NCBI GenBank assembly: GCA_964540145.1
Contig: CAZILS010000004.1
Location: 605 to 64,604 of the forward strand
Source: an uncultured archaeon
GTDB lineage: Archaea; Iainarchaeota; Iainarchaeia; Iainarchaeales; CAZILS01
Reading direction: 5' to 3'
DNA length: 64,000 nucleotides
In this document: positions 25,927-35,827 of the stretch, piece after piece
Numbering within the stretch: the stretch's first letter is position 1
How the letters are laid out: each line of letters starts with the position of its first letter
Program-made: the position numbers and the translations under genes
The notes under the pieces: generated by a model
Databases searched by the model: none
What the model was told of the DNA's origin: nothing
The model's input: the letters and a program-made list of their open reading frames with translations, nothing else

Positions 25927-28778
25927 TGTTTCGCCTTCTCCCCAAGCTCTATGAAAAAATGCCTGTCAAGTAACTTCTCCATATTGCCTTTTTTATCTTT
26001 TATCCTTGAGTTTGTGTCCTTCTCAATTTCTTTCGCAAACTTCTTAATGAACGCAGGGTCGCTGCATCCCAAAAACAGCTCAACCCTGTCATTGGGGTTA
26101 AGTTTTGCCTCTTTCCTCATGGCCTGCACCTTCCTTGTAAGTTCCCTCAGCTCCCACTCGTCTTTCAAACCCTCAGAATCAATATTCAAATGGACCTTAA
26201 CATTGCCTACTTCCTTCACGGCGTAATTCCCCCCGGAAGGGGCTTTCTTCATTTCACTCGCTTCCTTGACATTAATCATCTTCGCAAGCACCCCTTTCAG
26301 CGAGGCAAGTTCCTTTCCCGACCCGCTCTCGACAACAACTCCCTTAAGCGGCCACCTAAGCCTCAGCCTGTTCTCTTCCCTCATGGAAAGCAGGGCTTGT
26401 GCGGAAGCCTGTACAACCGCCATCTCCTTCTCAAGCCGGCTATTCGGCATTTTTTTATCCTGTTCAGGAAGCTCCAGCAGATGCACGCTCTCTTCCATGC
26501 CCCTTGTCCTGTAGCCCCGGTAAACATACTCGGAAATGTGGGGGGTCACAGGCGCAAGCAATTTGACAAGCTCCATAAGCGCAATATTCAGGGTTTTCTT
26601 CGCAGCCTTCTCTGTCTTGGTTCCAACCCTGTCCTTGACGAGTTTTATGTAGGTCCTGCTTAAATCCTCCATAACAAACTGCTCAATGCCCTGCCGTATC
26701 TTCGGATAATGGTATTTGTTATACGCTTCCCTGCACTCGCCGATAACCCTGTTAAGCCGGCTCAATAACCATTTATCTTCCGGCTCAAGCTTAACCTTCT
26801 CCTTCACAATGCCGGGGTCCAAGCCCAGGTAAAGCTCTATGTAGTTGTAGGTGTTCCAGAAGATATTGAAAAACCTATGGACATCTCTGAAAGCGCCCCA
26901 GTCGAACATTATGTCCTCGCCCTTGCTCTCCCCGGAAAGGTAAAATCTTAAGTAATCACGGCTGTACTTTTCGATAACCTCAAACGGCGTAACAATATTC
27001 CCCAAGCTTTTTGACATCTTCTTCTTGCCCATATCGAGGATGGTGCTGTGCATCATCACCGCCTTGAACGGCTTCTCATCAAAGCATATCGCCGAGGTTA
27101 TTAGCTGCGAATTCCACCAGCCCCTTATCTGGTCCTTTGCCTCGATGTTCAAATCAGCGGGCCAGAATTTCTTGAACAGCCCGCCGTTTCCGGGATAGCC
27201 TAAACTCGCCCAGGAGCTTGCGCCCGAATCAAACCAGACATCAAGCACCTCGGGAACCCTTTTCATTGCGCCCTTGCACTTTCCGCAGGGAAAAATAACC
27301 TCATCTATGTAGGGCTTGTGCAAATCCAAACCTTTGGGAATCGCCGCAAGTTTTTCTAACTCTTTCCTCGATGCAACAACCTTCCTCTCGCCGCAGCCGC
27401 AGACCCAAATAGGCAAGGGGGTTCCCCAATACCTCTGCCTTGAGACAGGCCAGTCCCCCAGGCTCTCAAGCCAATTTTTGAACCTATCTTTCGACCATGA
27501 AGGTATCCACGTAACCTCCTTGTTAAGCTCAATCAGCCTCTTCCTTATCTTCGTTATCCTGAAAAACCATTGAGGGGTTGCGACCATAAGCAGAGGACTT
27601 TTACAACGCCAGCAAATCGGATAGTCGTGTGTGTAAGGGTGCCTGTAAACAACCGCATTGTCTTTTTCCAAATCTTCAATTATCTCCTTGTCAATTTCCC
27701 TCGCTATGCCCCCCCTGTATTTTCCCGCTGCTTCGTTCAGGCTCCCGTTTATTTCGACAGGGCAAACTATGGGAAGGCCTGCCTTGCTCCCTGCATCAAA
27801 GTCCTCCTTCCCGTGGCCGGGCGCGGTATGCACCAACCCTGTCCCCTCCTCAAGGTTCACATAGCGCTCGCTCATTATAACCCTGTAAGCGCCCTTCAAT
27901 TCCCCTAATTTCAAATTCTTCGCAAGCGGGTTTATATACTCCTTCCCTTCAAGCTCTTTTCCCTTGAATTCCCTTTTCACAAGGAAGCCCGCCTCTATGG
28001 AATCCATCAGGTGCCGCACCCTTTCCTTGGCGAGAATCCAGGTTTCTTCCCCTGCCTCAACCTCGACGTAATCAAATTTCGGGTGTGCCATTATCCCCAT
28101 ATTCCCCGGCAAGGTCCATGGCGTTGTTGTCCAGATTATGAAAAACTTCCCTTCCTCCCCTTTCAGGGGGAATTTAACATACACAGAATTGTCCGTCTGC
28201 TTCCTGTACTCAATCTCATTGTACGCAACCGCGGTAGCGCACCTTGGGCATACGTGGACAGGGTACTTTCCCAAGTAGAGCAAACCTTTCTCCTCTGCTT
28301 TCTTGAAGGTCCACCACAGCCCCTCTATGTAGCTGTTGTCAAGGGTGAGGTAAGGATTCTCCCAGTCCATCCAAACCCCCAAGTTTTCAAACTCGTCGTT
28401 CATGAACTCGATGTGTTCTGTCGCGAATTTCCTGCATTCCTTCACAAATTTCTCAATGCCAAACGTTTCTATCTCGGACTTGCACTTGATGTTGAATTTT
28501 TGCTCGACCTTGTTCTCAATCGGCAAACCATGGGTGTCATAGCCCGGTTGGTCCCGGGCATCAAGGCCCTGCATTCTCTTGGAGCGAATCGCAATATCCT
28601 TCAAAATTTTGTTCAGGGCGGTTCCCATATGGATGTGCCCGGAGGCATACGGCGGGCCGTCCATGAAATAGAAGCTCTTCTTTCCTCTGTTGAGCGCCCT
28701 TGCCTTCTTCGGAATGCCCTTGTCTTTCCAGAACTTCCTTACTCCTTCTTCCTTCTCTCTTGAATACGGCTCCAGCAT
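25920..28778 (-). CDS. ileS: Isoleucyl-tRNA synthetase
   Basis: HIGH motif (HMGTALNKI) and KMSKS motif (KMSKSLGN); about 950 aa. The start is set at the ATG at 28778 (MLEPYSREK...), because the longer ORF (to 28997) would run through the adjacent tRNA sequences. Confidence 0.9.
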   Translation of the reverse strand: MLEPYSREKEEGVRKFWKDKGIPKKARALNRGKKSFYFMDGPPYASGHIHMGTALNKILKDIAIRSKRMQGLDARDQPGYDTHGLPIENKVEQKFNIKCKSEIETFGIEKFVKECRKFATEHIEFMNDEFENLGVWMDWENPYLTLDNSYIEGLWWTFKKAEEKGLLYLGKYPVHVCPRCATAVAYNEIEYRKQTDNSVYVKFPLKGEEGKFFIIWTTTPWTLPGNMGIMAHPKFDYVEVEAGEETWILAKERVRHLMDSIEAGFLVKREFKGKELEGKEYINPLAKNLKLGELKGAYRVIMSERYVNLEEGTGLVHTAPGHGKEDFDAGSKAGLPIVCPVEINGSLNEAAGKYRGGIAREIDKEIIEDLEKDNAVVYRHPYTHDYPICWRCKSPLLMVATPQWFFRITKIRKRLIELNKEVTWIPSWSKDRFKNWLESLGDWPVSRQRYWGTPLPIWVCGCGERKVVASRKELEKLAAIPKGLDLHKPYIDEVIFPCGKCKGAMKRVPEVLDVWFDSGASSWASLGYPGNGGLFKKFWPADLNIEAKDQIRGWWNSQLITSAICFDEKPFKAVMMHSTILDMGKKKMSKSLGNIVTPFEVIEKYSRDYLRFYLSGESKGEDIMFDWGAFRDVHRFFNIFWNTYNYIELYLGLDPGIVKEKVKLEPEDKWLLSRLNRVIGECREAYNKYHYPKIRQGIEQFVMEDLSRTYIKLVKDRVGTKTEKAAKKTLNIALMELVKLLAPVTPHISEYVYRGYRTRGMEESVHLLELPEQDKKMPNSRLEKEMAVVQASAQALLSMREENRLRLRWPLKGVVVESGSGKELASLKGVLAKMINVKEASEMKKAPSGGNYAVKEVGNVKVHLNIDSEGLKDEWELRELTRKVQAMRKEAKLNPNDRVELFLGCSDPAFIKKFAKEIEKDTNSRIKDKKGNMEKLLDRHFFIELGEKAKQW

Positions 28779-28855
28779 TTGAAACAACCTTAGTTTGATT
28801 TTTGCCTTAGCAAAAATCCTTTCTTTTGTAAACTTTTCTTTTCGAAAGAAAAGTT

Positions 28856-28950
28856 TGGGCGTAGGAGGATTTGAACGCCAACGGGTGGTTGGCGTCATCC
28901 TGCCATACTGCGTATGGCAGTTCCGCCTTGCGGCGGCCTCCCGTTGCCTT
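28856..28950 (-). other. tRNA-like fragment: orphan copy of tRNA-Ile 3'-terminal 21 nt preceded by two hairpins
   Basis: TTCAAATCCTCCTACGCCCA is duplicated from tRNA-Ile. Upstream (in the transcribed sense) is a perfect 9-bp hairpin CTGCCATAC-GCA-GTATGGCAG and a second hairpin ACGCCAAC-CACCC-GTTGGCGT. There is no matching 5' acceptor strand or T-stem, so it cannot fold as a complete tRNA. Confidence 0.6.
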
Positions 28951-29025
28951 TGGGCGTAGGAGGATTTGAACCTCCGACCCTTGGTGTATAAGACCAATGC
29001 TCTGCCAGGCTAAGCTATACGCCCC
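28951..29025 (-). tRNA. tRNA-Ile (anticodon UAU)
   Basis: Reverse complement GGGGCGTATAGCTTAGCCTGGCAGAGCATTGGTCTTATACACCAAGGGTCGGAGGTTCAAATCCTCCTACGCCCA: acceptor GGGGCGT/ACGCCC+A, anticodon stem TTGGT/ACCAA, loop CTTATAC giving anticodon TAT. Confidence 0.75.
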
Positions 29026-29120
29026 AAAACGCATTCTGTGTGCGGCATGCGTTTACAAGCCCCAATAAGCTCGTTATATAGAAACTATTATAGAACTTTT
29101 AAATAGGTAACTAAATCAGG

Positions 29121-29483
29121 CTATTTTGGCTGAAATGCGAGTTCTGAGAGATTGTTATCCTCATTCACCCCATTCACTTCTTCCCCTTCGGGAGATTCGT
29201 CAAGCCTGCCGTACTTCCCCACATTAAGCCTTATCGAGTTCCTGAACAAAGAGGTGTAGCCGTTGCCGAGGACAAATGTTTTCCCTTCCCTTACCTTGCC
29301 GATGTCCGCATCCCAGACAGAAAGCATTATCGCCGCTGTTTTGTCCCCCACCAGAAACTCCGCTATGCTGTGGACCTCGTTGTCGAACTTAAGGTTCACT
29401 TCCCTTTCATCAAGCTTTTCAACAACCTTGAACTTCGCCTCAACCTTGTACATATACGGTTTCAGTTCGGCGATATCAATCAT
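29121..29483 (-). CDS. OB-fold nucleic-acid-binding protein (SSB/RPA-like single OB domain)
   Basis: 120 aa with a beta-rich OB-like pattern and an acidic C-terminal tail. Confidence 0.5.
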   Translation of the reverse strand: MIDIAELKPYMYKVEAKFKVVEKLDEREVNLKFDNEVHSIAEFLVGDKTAAIMLSVWDADIGKVREGKTFVLGNGYTSLFRNSIRLNVGKYGRLDESPEGEEVNGVNEDNNLSELAFQPK

Positions 29484-30043
29484 TCAAGCCACTGCTCCAT
29501 AAACCTATCCGCCTTCATATAGAAATCCTTCAGTGAGCCTTTGTTTTCCAAAATCCGGTCAGTCATTTTCAGCACTTCCCCCAAACCTTTGGTTTCTATG
29601 TCCCCTTCATCTCTCCCGAAAAACTCCTTTTCTTTCCCCGGGTCTTTATCACTGCGCCTCTTAAACCTGCTTTCCTTTTTTGCGTAGGTCTCAACAACTA
29701 TAACTTTCCCAAGTTTTCCTTTTACATAATTGACTTCCTCAACAGACCTTGGCCCGACCAAGACAAGCTTGTTATTGCCAACGCCCTTCAATTTCTCAAC
29801 AAGCCTCTTCGCAACAGCATCCATGCCCTCCTTAGCCCTGAGCTCATTCCCGAGCCTTGACATATTCTCTTTGGTAACTTCCTCGCCCCTCTTCACAAGC
29901 TCTTCGGCGAGCATATCCGAGAAAACAAATTTTGAGAAGCCGTACTTCTCAACCAAGTAATCCGCAAAAGTGTCCTTCCCGCTTCTCGCCAAGCCAACAA
30001 CAATTATTACCGCCATGCCATCCCCCCAGGAATTAGGGTGCAA
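29480..30043 (-). CDS. P-loop nucleotide/nucleoside kinase-like protein
   Basis: Walker A GLARSGKDT near the N-terminus. The start is probably MAVIIVVG at about 30016. Specificity is unknown. Confidence 0.55.
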   Translation of the reverse strand: MHPNSWGDGMAVIIVVGLARSGKDTFADYLVEKYGFSKFVFSDMLAEELVKRGEEVTKENMSRLGNELRAKEGMDAVAKRLVEKLKGVGNNKLVLVGPRSVEEVNYVKGKLGKVIVVETYAKKESRFKRRSDKDPGKEKEFFGRDEGDIETKGLGEVLKMTDRILENKGSLKDFYMKADRFMEQWLE

Positions 30044-30137
30044 ACCAATAAAAAAGAAAAAGAATGCCCCCCCGCACCTGCGGGAGGGAACTCAACTACT
30101 TACATCATGCCCCACCCTGCGGATGGGGCCTCTGCCA

Positions 30138-31778
30138 TTACATCATGCCCGGGGGCATTCCGCCCATGCCCCCCGGAGGCATTTCAGGCATCTTGCCTTT
30201 TGAGGAGCCTGCGATGAGGTCGTCTATCCTCAAAATCATCTCGGAAACCTCTGCCCCGGATGTTATTGCCTGGGTTTTGACACTCAAGGGCTCAAGGACT
30301 TTCAGGGCTTTCATATCCCCAATCTTTCCATTGTAGACATCTATGCCCATTGTTTTCCCGCCCTTTGATGAGTGCTTGCTCCTCAGCCCCACGAGAGAAT
30401 CTATGGGGTCCATTCCCGCGGTTTCCGCAAGGGTTTTAGGAATTATTTCGAGGGTTTCGGCAAACGCCTCAATGGCGAGCTGCTCCCTGCCCCCAACTCC
30501 TTTCGCGAAGTCCCTGAGCTTCATGGCAACTTCTATCTCGCAGCTTCCCCCGCCCGCAAGGACCTTCCCGTCCCTTATTGCGGTTGAGGTTGCGCCGATA
30601 GCATCCACCACAGCCCTTTCAGCCTCGTCAACAACATGTTCGGAGCCGCCCCTCACAAGCAATGAAACAGCCTTGGGGTTTTTGCATCCTTCGACAAAGA
30701 CCATGTCGTCTCCTGCGACCTTCTTTTCCCTTACCTCTGCCGCATTTCCAAGGTCATCCTTGCTTATGTCGCTTACCCTTGTGACAAGCCTTGCGCCTGT
30801 TGCCCTTGCAAGGGCATCCATGTCGCTTTTCTTAACACGCCTTACCGCAAGGATATTCTCCTTTGCGAGGAAGTGCTGCGCCATATCATCGATGCCCTTC
30901 TGGCATACCAGGACATTTGCCCCGCTTGCCTTTATCGATTCCACCATGCTCCTCAACATCCCCTCTTCCTGGTCGAGGAAAGCCTGCAATTGGTCGGGCG
31001 AGGTTATCGAAATCTTTGCATCTGTCTCTGTTTCCTTTATCTCAAGAGCGGCATCGACAAGAGCAATCTTTGCATTCTTCACGGACTTTGGCATTCCGCT
31101 GTGAACAATCTCCTTATCGACAACTATGCCCTGCACGAGTTCCGAGTCGGCAACGCTTGCCCCGACCTTCTTCTCGACCTTGATGTTGTCCTTGTCGATG
31201 ACAATAGTCCCGTTTTCCTCGTCGGCAACCGAGGTAACTGCGCTGACAACAATGCCCGCGAGAACTTCCGAGGCCTCTGTCGCCTTGCCGGTCATCGAGG
31301 TAACAGCTATCTCCTTCAGCAGTTTCTTGTCCGTTATTAAGATAGGCTCCGCAATCTCCGCATAGAACTCCTTCGCCTTCTTCGCAGCCGTCCTGTAGCC
31401 GTTGATTATTATCGAAGGGTGTATATTGTCGTCGAGCATTGACTCCGACTTCTGGAGTAAGGTTCCCGCCAGCACAACCGCAGTGGTTGTCCCGTCTCCC
31501 ACTTCATCATCCTGCGTCTTCGCAACCTCGACCATCATCTTCCCTGCAGGATGCTCAATGCTCATCTCGCCCAGGATTGTCGCGCCGTCGTTGCTTATGG
31601 TTACATCGCCCAAATCATCGACAATCATCTTGTCCATGCCTTTAGGCCCTAATGTGCTCTTTACAGCGTTAGCTACCGCCTTAGCGATAAGTATATTGAT
31701 GCGCTGCGCATCCCTTCCTATTGTTCGCTTTGCCCCCTCGGGGAGAAAGACAACTTGTTGGTTTTGATTATCTGCCAT
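30138..31778 (-). CDS. ths: Thermosome subunit (group II chaperonin)
   Basis: 546 aa with full-length group II chaperonin motifs ([24 protein letters not shown]) and a C-terminal GGM-repeat tail. Confidence 0.95.
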   Translation of the reverse strand: MADNQNQQVVFLPEGAKRTIGRDAQRINILIAKAVANAVKSTLGPKGMDKMIVDDLGDVTISNDGATILGEMSIEHPAGKMMVEVAKTQDDEVGDGTTTAVVLAGTLLQKSESMLDDNIHPSIIINGYRTAAKKAKEFYAEIAEPILITDKKLLKEIAVTSMTGKATEASEVLAGIVVSAVTSVADEENGTIVIDKDNIKVEKKVGASVADSELVQGIVVDKEIVHSGMPKSVKNAKIALVDAALEIKETETDAKISITSPDQLQAFLDQEEGMLRSMVESIKASGANVLVCQKGIDDMAQHFLAKENILAVRRVKKSDMDALARATGARLVTRVSDISKDDLGNAAEVREKKVAGDDMVFVEGCKNPKAVSLLVRGGSEHVVDEAERAVVDAIGATSTAIRDGKVLAGGGSCEIEVAMKLRDFAKGVGGREQLAIEAFAETLEIIPKTLAETAGMDPIDSLVGLRSKHSSKGGKTMGIDVYNGKIGDMKALKVLEPLSVKTQAITSGAEVSEMILRIDDLIAGSSKGKMPEMPPGGMGGMPPGMM

Positions 31779-31932
31779 ATTGAATACCTCCTAAAGAATT
31801 GGAAAATTTGTCCAAACTTTTTAGACAGTTATGATATAGATGCCCCGCGAAGCCTTTATAAAAGTTATCATTTATTGATGGATGTCCAAGTAACGGGAAA
31901 CCTTTTAGTTAGTTTCCCCCCTCTAAGTAGGC

Positions 31933-32511
31933 ATGATTTCCCCTGTAAAGGAGAGGCTTGAGGCATATGCCAAAAGGCGGAAACTCGATATTGTCGAGAA
32001 GATAGGGAAGGGCTACAGCAGCGAAATCTACCTGGTGCAAAACCTTGCCAAGGAGAAACTCGCCCTGAAAATAGAGCGGCCAAAAAGCACAAGGCAGAAC
32101 ATGGCAAAAAAAGAGGCTGAAAACCTTGTCCTCGCGAACAAGGTAAATGTTGGGCCAAGGCTGGTTGATTACGACGAGAAAAACAGGATAATCTTGATGG
32201 AGTATTTTGAGGGGGAAACACTGAACAAGTTCATCTTTGCTAAGAAAGCCCCCTGCAAAAGAGTTTTCCAGAAATTCTTAAAAGAACTCTTCAGGCAGGC
32301 CGAACGCCTCGACAAGGCAGGCCTTAGCCATGGCCAGCTCGCGGGCAAGGGCACAAACATCCTTGTGAGAAAGAACCTTCCGGTGATAATCGATTTTGAG
32401 AAGGCAAGCACAAAACGCAAGTGCAACAACGCACTGCAGCTGGCCTCCCTGCTCGTTACGAATAAGAATGGCGCGATGGCAAGGAAAACCAAAAGTATTT
32501 TGGGGGGCTAG
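31933..32511 (+). CDS. Bud32/RIO-like small atypical protein kinase (possibly catalytically altered)
   Basis: G-loop IGKGYSSEIY, ALKIERP lysine and DFE metal-binding motif. The catalytic-loop Asp position reads HGQ rather than HGD. Confidence 0.5.
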   Translation: MISPVKERLEAYAKRRKLDIVEKIGKGYSSEIYLVQNLAKEKLALKIERPKSTRQNMAKKEAENLVLANKVNVGPRLVDYDEKNRIILMEYFEGETLNKFIFAKKAPCKRVFQKFLKELFRQAERLDKAGLSHGQLAGKGTNILVRKNLPVIIDFEKASTKRKCNNALQLASLLVTNKNGAMARKTKSILGG

Positions 32512-32831
32512 CCCTTCCCGAGCTCAAGCTCCTTATCCTGCACATATTCAATGCCAAGCCTCATTGCAATATGCGCCTTCTCGATTTCCCTGCCGAGATA
32601 GCCCGCATGCTCCGGCCTCGAGACCAAGCCCCTTTCCACAAGCTCATGCACAAGCTCAACTGTCTTGTTCCCCGAGAATGTGTGGACAAGTTCATGGCTG
32701 TTGGTGTAATACCTCACAAAAATTTTCCCGCGTTCGGGAAACGGCCTAATTGTGAAATAGCCCTTGGGGTCCTGGTTCCACTTGCGCTGTTTTTTGGAGG
32801 TGTCGATTGCGTTGTCCAATTCCCTGCTCAC
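32508..32831 (-). CDS. Conserved hypothetical protein
   Basis: 107 aa; no family confidently recognised. Confidence 0.4.
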   Translation of the reverse strand: MSRELDNAIDTSKKQRKWNQDPKGYFTIRPFPERGKIFVRYYTNSHELVHTFSGNKTVELVHELVERGLVSRPEHAGYLGREIEKAHIAMRLGIEYVQDKELELGKG

Positions 32832-32867
32832 GGAACTTGCCCCTAAAAAAAGAAAAAGAGCTCGTGC

Positions 32868-33302
32868 TTAGAGCACGAACTTCCTGTCCACCTCATTAAT
32901 CAGGACGTCGCACGCAGCCTTGACCGCTTCAAGCTGCTTTATGATTCTCTCCTTCTCCTTCTCGATGTCCTGCAAATTCTCGTAGGGCTCGACAGCTTCC
33001 CTGAACATGGAGCCATCGACATAGGTGTAGGGGTGCGAATCCATCTTCGTCGCTACCCTCTCAACCATCTTGGCGAGCCAGATGTTCATCTCTGTCTTGA
33101 CCTGCCCCTTAATCTGCTTCCCCGAGGAAAGGTACTTTCTAAGCATGTTGACTATTGTGGCCCTCGGGAAAGGAAGTTTTTCGTCATCAACTTCCTCTTC
33201 CTCGGGGTCTTCCTCCCCCCCGGAATCCTCCTTCTTTGCCTGTTCGGCAAGCTCATCAGCCTGTTCATCGGCCTGCTTTTTCTCCTCTTCTTTCTCGGTC
33301 AT
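32868..33302 (-). CDS. Histone-fold protein (archaeal histone/NF-Y-like) with acidic N-terminal tail
   Basis: LPFPRATIVNMLRKYLSSGKQIKGQVKTEMNIWLAKMVERVATKM is histone-fold-like. The N-terminus is an E/D-rich tail. Confidence 0.6.
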   Translation of the reverse strand: MTEKEEEKKQADEQADELAEQAKKEDSGGEEDPEEEEVDDEKLPFPRATIVNMLRKYLSSGKQIKGQVKTEMNIWLAKMVERVATKMDSHPYTYVDGSMFREAVEPYENLQDIEKEKERIIKQLEAVKAACDVLINEVDRKFVL

Positions 33303-33402
33303 GCGTATATTCCTCCCTGTAAATATGCCTGATAAATAGCCTTTATTTAAGATATATACTGGGCGGCATTAAGATTTTAAAGCCCATTCCTGCGAATTTT
33401 GG

Positions 33403-34041
33403 CTATTTGCCCCGCTTCCGGCGCAGGTAATATGCGAGGCCGACCCCGTCAGCCCGCTCGAACAGAGTATACAGAACAGGCACGAAAACCGCCTTAAAGT
33501 ACGAAATAGGCTGTTTTGGAGAGTATCCCCTCAGCTTCTGCACAGCCATTATCTCGGCCAAATCCCGCTCTATCTCCGGGAGAAAGCGGAAAAGCACATA
33601 GGTTGGCAGGGTTATAACCTCGGGAACCCTTGCCCTTTCCAGGGTTTTCATGAGCGCGAATATATCTGTTGTGAACGCAAAGAACGCCGCGCTGAGGAAA
33701 ATGTTCAGCATCCTGATGTTAGAGACAAGCAGCCTTGCCCCCAAATCCAGCTCGGGGTTCGGAAGGAAAAACCAGAACGCAAGGTCCGTCACTATAAGCA
33801 TCGGCGCAAGCACAAGAAAGACTTTTTTGAATTCCCTAAACCCCGCAATAACCAGCATGGAAACAGTAACCGCCAACAGCAGCGCCTGCAGAGCTGCGTT
33901 TGTTATCAACAGTGCGGAGATTCCAACAGCCCCTAAATAGAGAAGTTTCAGCCCTTCCCCTGCGCCAGAAAAAAATCCTTCGCCATTGTACTGGAACATT
34001 CTTTCACCTCCCCCCTTTCGACAAGAAAAACCCTGTCGCAC
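33403..34041 (-). CDS. ECF transporter transmembrane (T) component EcfT/CbiQ-like
   Basis: Polytopic protein with an EcfT-like pattern, downstream of the fused EcfA. The start is uncertain because the ORF overlaps the EcfA stop. Confidence 0.55.
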   Translation of the reverse strand: MRQGFSCRKGGGERMFQYNGEGFFSGAGEGLKLLYLGAVGISALLITNAALQALLLAVTVSMLVIAGFREFKKVFLVLAPMLIVTDLAFWFFLPNPELDLGARLLVSNIRMLNIFLSAAFFAFTTDIFALMKTLERARVPEVITLPTYVLFRFLPEIERDLAEIMAVQKLRGYSPKQPISYFKAVFVPVLYTLFERADGVGLAYYLRRKRGK

Positions 34042-35120
34042 AACTTAACAATTTCAGGGTCGTGAGTGGCAATGACCATCGCCTGCCCTGCCCTTTCTAT
34101 GAAGCCATAAACTTTTTCCCTGTTCAAAGAGTCGAGCCAGGTTGTCGGCTCGTCAAGCAAAGCAATTGTGCCTTCCTTTATGCCCGCGACTGAAACAATT
34201 TTCTGCCTGCCCTTGCTCAACTTTGAGGGGCATTCATCCATAATCTTTTCCAGCCCAAGCTTCTTTGCGTTTGCTTCATCAACCTCTTCTCTGACAGTGT
34301 CCCTGAAAAGCAAGTGCGAGGGATTTTGCGGGGCATAGGAAAACCGCAGTTTTGAATTCACCCTTCCCACAAATTTCTCAATGCCTGCAATCGCCCTGAG
34401 CAGCGTTGTTTTCCCGCTCCCGTTCCTGCCGATAAGCGCAGCCTTCTCGCCCTGCCTAAGCCCGAGCTCAAAATTCCCGATTTCGAAACTGCCTCTCCCG
34501 ATGGAGAACCTTGAGTCGAGGACAACCGGGCCCAATTTCCTTTTTTTGGTTTTCCCCCCGGTCTTTTTTCCTTTCCCCTCCTCCCCCGGCCTCACCTTCT
34601 TCCAGCCCCTGACAAACCTCTCGTCCTTGTCAAACCACACAACAGTTTTCCCTTCCAAAGAATTTATCTCATCCCTGAATGCCCTTGCCTCACAGGGGTC
34701 AAGCAACTCAAGCGGCTCATCAAGGAGAAGGATGTCCGTCCCCTGCAGGTTTGCGAGGAGATTGACTTTCTGCTTCTCCCCCTCGCTAAGCCGGAAAACG
34801 GATTTCTTTAATAAGTGGGAGGCACTTCCCTTCTCTTCACAGTGCGAAAGCTCCTCGCTAACCGTAAGTGAAAGAAATTGCGAGGAGGGGCTCTGCAGCA
34901 CAACACCGACCTTCCCCCCGATATTGATTTTCCCGGAAACCTCGGCATCAACAATTTCGGGGATAGCGCCCGCAATAGCCAAGGCAAGCGTGCTCTTCCC
35001 GCTGCTGTTTTCCCCTATGACCGCAATCTTCTCCCCTTTCCCCGCAGAGAAGGAGAAATTATTTACCGCGGGGCTTTTGCATCCCGGAAAGGAAACAGTT
35101 ACATTCCTAAGTTCAAGCAT
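33948..35120 (-). CDS. Fused tandem ABC ATPase (EcfA1-EcfA2-like)
   Basis: Two Walker A sites (GENSSGKST; GRNGSGKTT), two signature-like motifs (LSEGEKQK; LSKGRQKI) and two Walker B sites (LLLDEP; ALLDEP). Confidence 0.8.
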   Translation of the reverse strand: MLELRNVTVSFPGCKSPAVNNFSFSAGKGEKIAVIGENSSGKSTLALAIAGAIPEIVDAEVSGKINIGGKVGVVLQSPSSQFLSLTVSEELSHCEEKGSASHLLKKSVFRLSEGEKQKVNLLANLQGTDILLLDEPLELLDPCEARAFRDEINSLEGKTVVWFDKDERFVRGWKKVRPGEEGKGKKTGGKTKKRKLGPVVLDSRFSIGRGSFEIGNFELGLRQGEKAALIGRNGSGKTTLLRAIAGIEKFVGRVNSKLRFSYAPQNPSHLLFRDTVREEVDEANAKKLGLEKIMDECPSKLSKGRQKIVSVAGIKEGTIALLDEPTTWLDSLNREKVYGFIERAGQAMVIATHDPEIVKLCDRVFLVERGEVKECSSTMAKDFFLAQGKG

Positions 35121-35145
35121 CTGGCCCGCCCCAACCCGCCGAAAC

Positions 35146-35727
35146 TTATCGGGACAGCCGCTCCTTCAGCCTGGTAGAGGTTACAAGGAGATATGCCCCG
35201 AAGAAGTCTATGATTGCGAGCAGGAAGTTCGGGATTATAATTATTTCAGGCGGGAACCGGGCAATTGCGTCCTCGATTGGAATGCCCCAGAACACCGGCA
35301 TCGCAAAATAGTAGTTCAGCAGGACCATCCCGACAACCCGCACAAGCGCCCCACCCACAAAAGCAATCCCGAGGTGCAGTTTGCCCATCCCGAACTTCCA
35401 GGTTACTAAACCTACTGCAAGCACAATAGGGAGTGTTGCCGCAAGCTTCATGAAGGCTCCTACCCAGCCCGAAGGGGCTATAAGGCCTATCGCAATTGCG
35501 GAAATAAAGGATGTAATAAGCCCGCCCCTCATCCCTAAAACAAAAACAGCTATAATCCAAGGAACCCCGACAATGTCAATGTCTATGACCCCGGCAAACT
35601 TGAATAACGGGGGAATTAGCTCAAGCGCAACGCTCAGCGCAGCAAGCATCGCGGCTGTTATGATAAGCTTGTTCCTGTTCATGAAGTAATCAGGAGGGAA
35701 TCCACTTAAAAACGTTATGATTAGCAT
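35146..35727 (-). CDS. ECF transporter substrate-specific (S) component-like membrane protein
   Basis: 193 aa, 5-6 TM helices, immediately upstream of EcfA-EcfT. Confidence 0.5.
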   Translation of the reverse strand: MLIITFLSGFPPDYFMNRNKLIITAAMLAALSVALELIPPLFKFAGVIDIDIVGVPWIIAVFVLGMRGGLITSFISAIAIGLIAPSGWVGAFMKLAATLPIVLAVGLVTWKFGMGKLHLGIAFVGGALVRVVGMVLLNYYFAMPVFWGIPIEDAIARFPPEIIIIPNFLLAIIDFFGAYLLVTSTRLKERLSR

Positions 35728-35827
35728 AATTGAGTAGCCTACTGCCTACCCCGTCGCCCCTTTGCAGGGAGGCGCCCCCACATTTATATTGGTTTTGGCA
35801 CCAACATAAACATAATTCTATCAATTA

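Noticed and set aside
28779-28997. N-terminal 73-aa extension of the IleRS ORF
   Set aside because: It would run through the tRNA-like element and the tRNA-Ile region. The conserved IleRS N-terminus begins at the internal ATG at 28778.
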